Source: Eledone cirrhosa
Lineage: Eukaryota
Reading direction: 5' to 3'
NCBI GenBank assembly: GCA_964016885.1
Contig: OZ024743.1
Span: forward strand, 355,508,001-355,572,000
Length of the DNA stretch: 64,000 nt
The translations under genes were made by a program, and so were the position numbers. Shown piece by piece: positions 1 to 11,106 of this stretch (positions are counted from its first letter, which is position 1; every line of letters starts with the position of its first letter). Under the pieces are notes generated by a model. It worked only from the letters and a program-made list of their open reading frames with translations. It was not told the origin of the DNA and did no database searches.

Positions 1-112
1 CATCGTTCCAACAGAAAATTAAACTTTATATATACATGTGTATATACTGTAGTAAAAGTTTGGTAGAAATATCCAAGAGTAAGATCACTCAGTCCATAGG
101 ACGAGTTTAGTA

Positions 113-325
113 TAAATAATTAAAACAGTGACATAAACAGGTACTTAAGTTTCGTTGGGTTCTGGCCCCTAACTCATTCAGCCTGTCATAAGAAAAATAA
201 AAGTAAAAATAAAAATATAGTTGGGCTAGGTTATTTTTATTTTTCTTATGACAGGCTGAATGAGTTGGGGTCAAGAAACCAACGAAACTTAAGTAGATGT
301 TTATGTCACTGTTGTAATTATCTAT
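113..325. repeat. Fold-back (inverted repeat) element, probably Penelope-like-element derived
   Basis: Arm ~113-200 (acagtgacataaacag..cagcctgtcataagaaaaataaaa) is the near-perfect reverse complement of ~235-325; both arms carry a hammerhead-like motif. Confidence 0.75.
137..186 (-). ncRNA. Minimal type I hammerhead ribozyme motif
   Basis: Minus strand reads acagg-CTGAATGAG-ttaggggccagaacccaa-CGAAAC-ttaa-GTA-cctgt: stem I acagg/cctgt, stem II, short stem III with palindromic TTAA loop; the core has one extra nt relative to CUGANGA. Confidence 0.6.
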
Positions 326-334
326 TTATATATA

Positions 335-365
335 CGAGGGCAATCCCAAATGTAAGGTCTCCTTC
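335..365 (+). mobile_element. Possible orphan Tc1/mariner terminal repeat fragment
   Basis: TA followed by CGAGGG(caatcccaaatgtaagg), a mariner-like terminus; no partner end seen. Confidence 0.3.
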
Positions 366-479
366 CGATATTGCAACTTCCGATATTGCAACTATTCCGT
401 TAAAATCCTGTGGATGATGCTTTGGGAAACCCCAGGAACCAAAATACAGAGAGCATCCAGAGGGATCCGCCGATCTTTA

Positions 480-2990
480 CGCATGTTTTCCTCGGAAGGA
501 GACCTTACTTTTGGGATTGCCCTCTATATAATAACTGCGCGAAATTCGCACTTGGCGGTAGCTGACAAGGAGGCAGTGGAATCGCTTCATGACTTCATGG
601 ATGAGTTTTCCCTGTCGCAACTTGTGCTTGAACCAACAAGGAGCCACAAAAACATATTGGACCTAATGTACAGTAACCACACGACACTATCCACAGTATT
701 GCAGTGGAAAAACTCCAATCACAGACCATGACATGGTTCTCTGTGATCTGAGATTCCACCGCCCAAAAAGCAAACCCAATGACATCTCTTCAGTTCGTCC
801 ATTTGACTCCATGGATCTTCATAATGCAAACTGGGAAGCGATGAATCATGATCTTGCACATGTCAGTTCGTCTTTCGCGCACACTCACACACCCACAAAA
901 AGTCCTGGCAGACATTTGTAGACACTGTAACAAATATATGTGCAAAACATACCCCATTAAGATCTGTAAACAAATCTAAGTGCAGAAACCCTAAAAATAG
1001 AAGAACATTTTTCAGGAAAGTTAAAAGAATTAACAAAAAAATCAACAAACTTAAATACTGCCAGCAACAACACACCCTTTTGACAGCCATTACATCACTA
1101 GAATTGAAAGAACACAACCTCCAAAACAGCATGATGTCCATCATCAACAATCAAAGAGTGTTCTTTTCATTTGCGAAAAAACACAAGGTCACTACTCCAC
1201 GGTTAGCCCTCTAATTGATGAAAATGGCACTCTCCAAAATAATGTTAAAACCATGAGTGAGATACTGCAGAAACAATACTGCTCTGTTTCAGCAATCCAG
1301 ATATGGCCGATATAGGCTGTATCAGTGATGTTAATCTTCAACACACTATATCAGACATAACGTTTGGCGCCCTTGATGGCTTAGCAGCAATAAACGAAAC
1401 TAAACACAATTCAGAAGTAAGCTCCAATAGGTCCTCTGCCTGTGTCCTGAAGATGTGTCAACATCAACGTGCATCTCTTCTTGCTAATCTGTGGAGGAAC
1501 TCACTGGATGCTGGATATATACCAGAAACCTTATTATCCCAGTTTGTTGTCCCAGTTTTCAAAAAATGCTGTGAATTACCGTCCGATCTCACTCACCTCT
1601 CATATCATTAAGGTATTTGAGAGGGTGGTGAGATCACGAATAACTCACTTTCTTGAAAGCAGTAGACTGCTGAACTCCAACCATAATGGGTTCCGTAATG
1701 GAAGGGATTGGCTAACGCAGCTACTATTTCACTTTGATGACATTTTGAGAGCTTTGGGAGAGGGCTCCAACATTGATGTCATCTACCTTGATTTCAGCAA
1801 GGCCTTTGACAGGGTTGATCACAACATTCTACTGAGAAACCTATCCAACATTGGTGTCACTGAAAAGTTACTGCAGTGGATCTAGTGTTTCCTGTCAAAC
1901 AAAGCTCAACATGTTGAAGTCGAAGGAGTACAATCCAGCCCAGCCAAAGTCAGTAGTGGTGTCCCACAAGGCACTATGCTGAGCCCACTTCTTTCCTTTA
2001 TCTATATTAATGACATTACTGACATCATCAAGCACAACAGCATAAGAATCTTCGCTGATGATTCCAAGCTCCAGAATGTCATCAAGGGCGTGGGTGACCG
2101 GATATGCCTCCAATCAGATTTACTGGCTGTTATCTTATCCAATGGACAGAAAAGAACAATATGCTGCTGAACGAGGATAATTTGAGTTAATCCACTTTGA
2201 AAAAGAGGATGCCCTGAAACACCACTATTCCCTTCCTTCAGGTGAAACTCTCGTGGCATCCAACAACATAAGAGACTTGGGAGTAATTGTGGACAACAGC
2301 ATAAGCTGGGCCACTTATATAAACAACAAAGTTGACATGGTCCACAGAATGTGTTCCTGGATTCTCAGAATCTTCCAGTCGAGAGATATCCACACTAGTA
2401 TCCTTCTCTTCTCCACTTTTGCCCCACCCCACTTTGAATACTGTTGTCCACTTGTGGTCTCCTCACACGAAACAAATTATCATGGAAATTGAAGCTTTTC
2501 AAAGGTCAATCATGAAAATGATAGATGGCATTACAGGCCTTGATTATTGGGGTCGACTAGAAAAACTCAACCATTATTCTCTCCAACACCGCCGTGAGCG
2601 CTACATTATCTGCATGATGTGGAAAATATTCCATCAACATTGCCCAAATAATGTTGGCATCACCTTTAAGATAGATGCAAGGCTTGGGCCCAATGCTATC
2701 CGCCCACAACAAAAATCAAACTCGCATCTCATAACAACAATATGGCACAATTATTTCACTTCAAATGACCCCGCTCTCTTTAACATTACACTAAAACTCA
2801 TTAAAACAGAAACAAATCCCATCAAGTTCAAGATGTCTTACGGATATGCCTCCGTAAACAATAACTCCCTACTTGAGTGGACCATGGTGTCCAAATCCTG
2901 ATTTGAAAGATTCGGGTGGTGATATTAACTTAGACATGGCCTGGGCAATTACTGGTCGAAACCTATCAAAGTTATCAAAATTATCAACGT
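480..2990 (+). mobile_element. 5'-truncated, frameshifted CR1-group LINE (APE C-terminus + reverse transcriptase)
   Basis: ORF pieces EPTRSHKNILDL (APE end), NYRPISLTSHIIKVFERVV, YLDFSKAFDRVDH, GVPQG..LSPLLSFIYINDI, IFADDSKL, YWGRLEKLNHYSLQHRRERY; 3' short tandem tail (agttatcaa-like, ~2965-2987). Confidence 0.88.
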
Positions 2991-3026
2991 TGTAAACAAA
3001 TCGTATATACGTATGTCTCTCTAGAT

Positions 3027-3028
<2 letters not shown>

Positions 3029-3123
<95 letters not shown>

Positions 3124-3159
3124 TATATATATATATATATATTTACATATATATATATA
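3029..3159. repeat. (TA)n microsatellite
   Basis: Direct reading. Confidence 0.95.
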
Positions 3160-3651
3160 CTAGCATGGTAACCGCCAAAATGAAGCATTTTCTAGTAGAG
3201 AATGTCAATTTAACAATATTTTCGTAAATCATAATGAAACATATGTCCACTCAAATATTATGTCTTTATTCTATATATTCATTTATCTATCTATCTTCGG
3301 ACTTCCATTTGGGATTTCCTCTATGTTGTTGTTATTGTTGTTCTTCTGGAAGATACAATTACATTGGTAAATACAGAAAAAAAGAAAGCTAGATAGATAG
3401 ATAGATAGATAGATAGATTTATTTATTTGCCACAAGGGCGCACAAGAAAAGGGGACAATACAAAGACATGCCGGGGATTTTACATACAGTCGTGTAAAAA
3501 ATATAAAAACAAACAATTACAACAATCGAAATCCCCAATAGGGGGGAAACGCCACAAATGGGTTGTTTAATACTCCGTCGATAGAACAACCCTCAACTCC
3601 AGGAGCGTGTTGTGCAAGTGCTCCTTTCTTCCTTTTGCTCTCTTCTTCAAC

Positions 3652-6600
3652 CTATAGGCTTATAAACAGAGAAGGCCCAATCACTCGGGCCATTTTCGCT
3701 TCATTCACCCACCTTTCAGTAAATTTACTGGGGTGCAGTGCCTCTCTCTCCAGTCTGATTCTCCTTCTAAAGTGATACTTAAAGAAGGGAATCAATTGTT
3801 GTCCGGAGAGAAAGGCATCTGTCCTCAGTCCTCTCAATCTCGTCCACCATATAACCTCTTTCACCATAGCCACTGGACAGAGGAAAACCGCCTCTCTTTC
3901 GTTTTTGAAAGAGACTGGCGGTTTGATCCTTACTATGGACTCGGCAATCAACTGGATTTGTCCCATACGCGACAGCAGTTGTCCTGCATAGTTCCACAGG
4001 TCGGTTACGCCCGGGCAGTGTACAATTGCGTGCAGGACTGTTTCAATGTCCTGCGCGCATCTTGGACACGTCCTCTTGGAAGGATCCCTGCCGGGGCGTC
4101 CGTGCCTGTAGATTTTTTCACGAACCGGTAGAGCTCCTCGGTAGCACTGCCAGGCCAGGGACCTCTGGAAGTTGTCCATAGGTCCCGGGCGGAAAGTCCT
4201 ACCAAACAGACTGGTGAGCTCATCGTCTTCGACGCCCAGAGTCTCTCCGAGCACGTCGTCGCCCTTGGAACGTACAATCCCTCTATAGAATCTCGAAGTG
4301 GAGTCACCACTGATTGCTGCGCCAGCTTGCCAGAGGACTGTGAGCGACTAGCGCATTCAATGTGCCAGGCGCCCATCGTTTACGATCTTTTCTTGACCCA
4401 GGACTGCAGCTCCGTTAGCGAGACGAGCTGAGGGAAAGCCTGTCTTACAAACGATGCCCACACCGGTTGGGTGTCGGTGAGGAATACCTGGAGATGCCGC
4501 AGCCTCAGCGCATGTTTGCGCACCATCAGCCACGGTATGCCCAGCCCTCCGTTGGAAGGGTGCTGTCAGCAGACGGATCTCCTCACCAGCGGAGCCTGAT
4601 TCTTCCACAGAAACTGGAAGAGCATGCGTTCCATCTTGGCGAGGTGTTCACGAGGACAAGGCACGACAGTCAAGCGGTAGTAGATGACGGACGCTATGAA
4701 AGTGTTCGCCACCTCCGCTCGACCTTTCAAGGACAGCTTGCACACTGCCCACTTCTGGGTGAGCGCAAACACCTTGGCCGTGACCTCGTTCCAGTTTTTA
4801 TCCACCTGGAGGTCTGGACCGAACCAGACCCCGAGCAATTTCACCGGTCCGTCCGTCCAGCGTCCAACGACGCTGTCGCACGTCATCGGTTTGCCTCTCC
4901 ACCTACCGAGTTGCAAACCAACAGACTTGTCCGGGATTAGTTTTGCTCCCGACAGCGTTTCGTATTCTTTCAGTAAGTTGCCGATCACCCCGATTTCCGA
5001 GGTGCTCGACACTATTACCGTCACGTTGTCGACATAAGCCGACGCCGCTTTGCGCAGTCCCGGTTCTAGAGGGATGCCCTGCAACAGCTCCAATTTCCGC
5101 AGTAGTGGCTCTGGAGTCAATACATACAGAATGGAGAAGAGCAGGCACCCCTGTCGAATGGAACACATGATTACGAACGGCTCCGATAGGTAGCCGTTCA
5201 CCTTGACCCTCGAGCAGATGCTGGTATGCATCACCTCAATCCAGCCTCTGAAAACGGGACCGAAACCGGCCACCTTGAGAACCGCTTCTATGTATCGATG
5301 GTCGACCCTATCGAATGCCTTAGACTGATCCAAATTGATCAGAGCCCCACCGAAGCCGGGTTTGCTACCCACCCTGTCTATGATGTATCGCATGAGGTGG
5401 AGGTTGTCGTGTATGGACCTGGTCGGGATTGCACATGTTTGCGCTTTCCCTACCAGGTTCTCGACAACAAGCGCCAATCTCGTCGCTAGCACCTTGGCCA
5501 AAATCTTTAACTCTGTGTTGAGCAGAGTTATGGGCCTGAAGTTGTTAATTTCGTCCCCCTTGTTCTCGTCTTTCCTGATCAGCGTTACTACGCCCTTGCC
5601 TGCAGAACTTCGAGGACGCCAGAGAACAAGTCCGGCATGCCTATGTAAAACTCATAGGGTAGACCATCTAGACCGGGTGACTTGCGTTTCCCGCAGCGGC
5701 CCAGACCATCCCTTATCTCAGTGTCCGTGATCGGTCTTTCGCAGAACTCGGCGTCCGTGTTCGAGAGACGCGGCAGGCCGTCGAGGTATGAACTAAAGTC
5801 CATTGCCCCGTTCGGCTCACCGTCGTTCTGCTCAAACAGTCGCGCAAAGTGCCGCTGAAAGGCCGCGCACATTTTCTTGGGGTCAAGTAGCACGCGTCCG
5901 TTATGGTCTTTCAAAGACCGAATCGTGGACTTGGTGCCATTTTCGCCTCCGCCACTCTGGCCCAGCTGGCAGCTTTCGCTCTTTCGTTTCCTAGAGCACG
6001 TGTTTTGCTTCTGACCACGCAGCCTTCGTGTTTCGTATCGAAGAACTGGTCCAGTGCCGTTCTCGACGCTAACACTCTAGCCGCGTTTCCACTTCTAAGT
6101 GCCTCCTCTAACTTGACTACTAGTTCTCTTTCTATTTTGTTTTTCTCTAAGGCTAACTCTCTGCTAAACCCTATCGATTCTATTCTAATTGCTTTCTTGA
6201 GAGAGTACCACCATTTATTGTTGACGATGGCTCCCGTTAACTGTTGATTGACTAGACTACTTATCTGTTCACTGTAAGCTTTACGTGTCGGCAACGACAC
6301 GTTCAGCTTCCAGTATCCGGGTCCTTGTCTATGTGTTCTATCACGGTTCACTAAGAAGACGACTAATTTGTGATCTGAATAGGCAACCATGTGCATTCGT
6401 GGACAGCTTAACATCTCCTTGTCCCTTTCTCTAATGAAGAACCTATCTAAATACGATCTAGATGTCCCGCTGCGATTTGCCTACGTCCACTGTGGTGCAG
6501 TCGGGAAATCCAGTCGATACCTATAGGCCAGTTGGAATTGGCCGATTAAAGTTTTGAGTCTGCTGCACCCCCTCTACTGGGACATGCTCCCACATAGTCC

Positions 6601-7058
6601 CATCGTGCATCTAGGATACCATTCCAGTCCCCCACTAAAAGTAAGGAGCGAGACGTTCCCAGAAAAGACTCTAGACGCTTAAAGAAGTCTGGCCGTGAAT
6701 GCGATTGCCCGGTCGGGGCATAAACGGCCACCAGTCTGAAGTCTCCACCTCCAATACTGTTCACGTCTAGGACTACCATTCTACCCTCTGGGTCCAAGTG
6801 TAGTTGCTGTACTTCGACGTCCAGGTTCTTCCGAAACATGACAGCCCCCCCCCCCCCCCCCTCCACCTCCTGACAGAGAGGTGCGTAGATCTCAAAGTCG
6901 TCAAAGATGGGGGTTAGTTGCTGCCTGTTGTAGATCCAGGACTTGGTGATGGCTATCACATCCATACTGTGTGACCTAAGGTCGTTTAAAAGTTGACCCT
7001 GTTTCCAGGGCATCCATAGGCCACGCACATTCACGCTTCCAACTCGTAAACTAGCCAT
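3652..7058 (-). pseudogene. Tx1 ORF2 (APE endonuclease, RT, C-terminal CCHC/zf-RVT), frameshifted
   Basis: MASLRVGSVNVRGL, VGDWNGIL, YSDHKLV, GPGYWKLN, KSPGLDGLPYEFY, NLDQSKAFDRVDH, IRQGC, AYVDNV (mutated YADD), CPRCAQDIETVLHAIVHC across six ORF fragments. Confidence 0.9.
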
Positions 7059-7099
7059 GTTGGTGAAGAAGAGTTGGAGGAAAAGGACGAAAGGTGCAC

Positions 7100-9004
7100 T
7101 TACCTTTTCGTTTCCTGGAGATAGGGTTGTTCAATCTCCATTTGGGTGGGGTGTTTGGTGGGTGTGGGGAAACATTTTAACAGGACGCGGTTGATGGGTT
7201 TCTGGCAGGGTTGCCCACGTCCTGTGAAAATTTATTTTTCATGTAATTATAGGTTTCCATAGAAACCCTTATAAGTGTAAGGTGTGGAGACGATTCTGCC
7301 TTGACGAAAGTTTTGCCCTCCGTCTCCACCTTGGGGTTTTAGGAGATGACCTCCATCAAACTCTTGTTGTTTGTGTTTTGATGTATACGTATTTTTGTTT
7401 GTGTTTTTGTTGTGTTGTTTTAGTTTGTTGTTCGTCTGGGAGTTTTTCTTTTATGGTGGGTGCTTGTGTTTGGGGTGGTGTTGGTGTTGCATTTTGCTGG
7501 TAGGGGGATGTTTGACTGTGGTGTTGTTTGTGTTGTTGTTTGTGTCTGTGGTTATGTGTTGGTGTTGGTGATTGGAGTTTTGATTGGGGTTTTGGTGGTT
7601 TTGTGGTGTCTCTTTTTTTGTTTTTTAGATTTCCGCGGCTCTCCCTCTTCTTCACTTAAAGAAGGAGAAGCAGCTTCATCCGTCGATGAATAATCATCGT
7701 CAGGAGTGTGGGGTAGGGGTATGTTGTGTGGTGGTGGTGTTTCGGTGTGTGTGTTTGTGGTAGTGTTTGATGGAGTCGGATGGGGTGGGGCTGTATTCTT
7801 CAGGGGTGTTGTCTCTGTTTTTTCTGTTGTTGTTGTTTGAGTGGCTATTTATTTTGGTGTGGTTGCTCGTTTCTTCTGTTGTTGTAATTGTGGTGGTGGT
7901 GATTGTTTTGGTGTTGGTGTTGGTAATAGTGTTTTTTTAATGATGTTGTTGTGGTGTGTTTGTGAAGGACAGGAGGCTTTTAGGTGTGCTGTGCTACCAC
8001 GGCGAAAGCAATGAAATTTTCGTCCTTCTACCGAAATGTTTATTTTGTTGTTGTCGTCGATGACGACTTTTTCGGGTATCTTGGAGATTCTTTCCGGCCT
8101 CATTTGCAACAGAATCTCCAAATCAGTACCCGCCCACCTTTGTCGAATAGACTTTCGTATCGAAAGAATCATATCAGTTTCTGGCGCTACGAAGCCAGCT
8201 AAGATCCACCTGATGTTAATGTTTGGAGGTATATTTTTTATTTTTATTTTTTGTGTCCTTTTTCCCATGTGTGTATGGAAAAAGGTGAATGCTTTTGATA
8301 CCATTGGTGTCACAAAATGTTTGGGGCGAGTGCCTCGCTTTTAAACAGTACGGAAACACTTCTGTACTGTTTTCCTCGTTGGAGAAAGTCGATATTTGTA
8401 AGAATTTCCTTGAAAGTAGCTTCTATATCTGTTTGACTAACAAATATCGGCTTTCTCGTGGTATTGGATACCGTCCTAAAGGTCACTGTCCTTCGAACTG
8501 TGTCTTCTTTTATTTCAAGGGGTGAGTTAATTCTAAACCCACCCTTCTCTTCGAAAGTTACAAATTTTCTCCCTTGCTGGAGCATATCTCTTGCATTGGA
8601 GATGTCAAGATTTATACAATCTTGTTTTTTGTTCACTGTTTCAGCGAAAGACATTTTTTGTGTGTGGTGTTGCTGTTGTTCTTGTTGTTGTTATTGTTGT
8701 TAGCCTCAGTGTTGGAAATCTCAGTTCCTTGACGAGGTGAAACTTTATGTGTAGATGTGGTGTTGTTGATGTTGACTTTTTCATGTGTATGTATGTTAAT
8801 AGGTTTAATTCCTGAGTTTTCATTTCTCTCCGCTGCGACGGTAGAAATAGTACAATCTTCAAGTGGCAATATTTTTTTCCCTTTGTTGACAGTCGTATCT
8901 ATGGCGACGTCCATAGTAGCAGAAGCAGATATAACGTTCAAATCTGCCTCTTTCTCTCTCTTTTCTCTGTCGACGTTCTCCCGTGTTCCCTTCGTGTTAT
9001 TCAT
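7100..9004 (-). pseudogene. Tx1 ORF1 (RRM-like region, zinc knuckle, Pro/Thr/Lys low-complexity tail), frameshifted
   Basis: Fragments 8633-9004, 8310-8654, 7849-8313, 7356-7655; knuckle CFRRGSTAHLKASC (second Cys lost); lies upstream of ORF2. Confidence 0.75.
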
Positions 9005-9220
9005 GTTTTATAGTTGGCAAAATTTGATATTTTAAAACAACTTTTAAATTAAATTTTCGCCCCTTTAGGGGCGAAAAGTGGGATTACCACCCAGCTGACA
9101 ATTCAGCTTGGGGGTTAATCTACAAAATAATATGTTTTTTTAAACAATTTGTTCTGTTTTTCGTATATAAATTTACAAAAAAATCTTACCGGCGATGTTC
9201 CACGCGTCAGGCAGAGACAG

Positions 9221-9326
<106 letters not shown>

Positions 9327-9736
9327 GTGAGAAAGATATATAGGTGGATAGGCGTTAGCCACTACATTTCTCTTTATGTGTATACACAGTCACATGCGCA
9401 GATATGTATGTATATATATATATATATATACTTCGTTTTTGAATGTGTGGCCCTCCCAAAATATAACAATATATATATATAAATAACAGTAGTTAAGACG
9501 AGATTATTTCCCCATAATTGCTTTATTGCATAATATATATTTCTATTACATGGTTATGTATGTGACTTCATCAGAATCTTACTGAATCATTGGGATATGA
9601 TGCTGCCCACGTATAAACATCCTGTTGTGATGTGCTTTTGCGAATTGCTTTTGGATCGCTCGGACTGGTTTATCCTTAAGACGTTACAACGTAAAAACTG
9701 CGTATAAGCAACTTATCTTCTGTAATATATATATAT

Positions 9737-9777
<41 letters not shown>

Positions 9778-10289
9778 ACGTATATATCTATATATAGGTA
9801 GCTAGGTAGGTAGTTGACGAGAGGAATCACATCACATATATCCTCAAATTACTACTCTCACACATAAGCTGAGTTAGACCTAAAGAGGGTTGACAAAATG
9901 CCATCTTTAATAAAATAAACATAGTACTTTATTTTTTTTAAATAACTTAGATCTATTATAATACAATTCTACTATAATGGACCCTCCGACTGTTTGTTCG
10001 TGATATAACGTTTACTTGGTTGAGTATCCCACAAACACGGGTACGCTCAACGTAATTTCCAAGCCGAATCATTGTGACACAATGTGTAACCAGGTGGGAC
10101 CTATGAGTCACAGGTACAATTCATTTGATGGACTAGTAAACAATTTCTTATACACCCAATTTCACTTGGTTTGACCAGATGCTACTGTAAAGTCACATTT
10201 CTTCTTCTTCTTCTTCTTCTTCTTCTTCTTCTTCTTCTTCTTCTTCTTCTAAATATTATCATGATCAATATAATTATTATAATTACAAG

Positions 10290-10880
10290 GCCCATGGATG
10301 TCAAGCTCATGGATGTTATCCAACCATCTTGCTCGGGGTCTACCCCTGGGACTCCAACTGGTTGGCTTTGCCCGTAAAATCTGTCCAGCGATTAATTCCT
10401 GAAATATTCCAAACACCTGCCCATTGTACCGGAGCTGTGATCTCTCAATTCAGAAAGTAGCGGCTCTACCTGGAGTGACTCTGATCTCCGAGTTACGCAC
10501 TCTATTGAGTACCGTTACTCCAAAGACCCTTCGAAGGAACCTCATTTCGGCTGCTTGTATTCACGATCGTATTCTTTCGGTCATTACTCAGGATCCATGA
10601 CGACAGGTAAGGGTTAGCACGAATAGCAAATTGAAGAGAGTGAGTTTAGCTTTTATACTTACCTCCGTTCTTCTGATTACCGAATACTTAAGCTGGCGTA
10701 TTACTGCACCAGCTCCTGCAATTTTTGCACTTAATTCAGCCCCCTGCCATCCATCACTCGTGAACATGACCCCGAGATACTTGAACTTCTTTATCTGCTT
10801 CAGTGGAACTCTATTCACATGTAGGGTGCACTGCGAAGGCTTCCTTAAGAGGACAAGTGTCTCAGTTTTCGGTTTGATAA
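10290..10880 (-). mobile_element. RTE-clade (Expander/Rex3-like) LINE 3' fragment
   Basis: PLKQIKKFKYLGVMFTSDG..KAKLTLF..HGS*VMTERIRS*IQAAEMRFLRRV, typical RTE post-RT region; (CTT)n at 10200-10248 lies downstream. Confidence 0.8.
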
Positions 10881-10935
10881 ATTAATGGTTTGCAAAAGAG
10901 AAAACCTCTAGCTGATGTTGATTACCTAGAATATA

Positions 10936-11106
10936 TCTATATACTACTAAAACTCTGTGATTGATTGCTTGCTTGCTTGATTGTCTGTAATGTAATACAG
11001 CCAAAAGGGTGCATAATGGGAAAATACTTTGAAAGGAAGTTGACTCTGAAATGCGAATACAAATGGAATAAAACAATTTTCGCGGTCACGGTCACGGGTG
11101 GTCTAG
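10936..11106 (+). mobile_element. Miniature non-autonomous Helitron (~170 bp)
   Basis: A|TCTATATACTACTAAAACTC ... ggtcacgggtggtCTAG|T; TC start, CTAG end, inserted between A and T, no TSD. Confidence 0.6.

Larger units (their letters stand above)
3419..9220 (-). mobile_element. Full-length decayed L1/Tx1-clade non-LTR retrotransposon (family A) inside a (GATA/TCTA)n tract
   Basis: ORF1 and APE-RT-zinc finger ORF2 on the minus strand, AATAAA at the 3' end, (GATA)n at 3390-3418 and 9221-9325. Confidence 0.9.

Noticed and set aside
3733-6247. Plus-strand ORFs overlapping the Tx1 ORF2 (likewise at 56063-60934)
   Set aside because: Antisense shadows of GC-richer coding sequence with no recognisable motifs
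9520-9580. Minus-strand CTGATGA...GAAA hammerhead candidate (also 23640-23665)
   Set aside because: Stems I and II do not pair convincingly and no proper GAAAC..GUH is present
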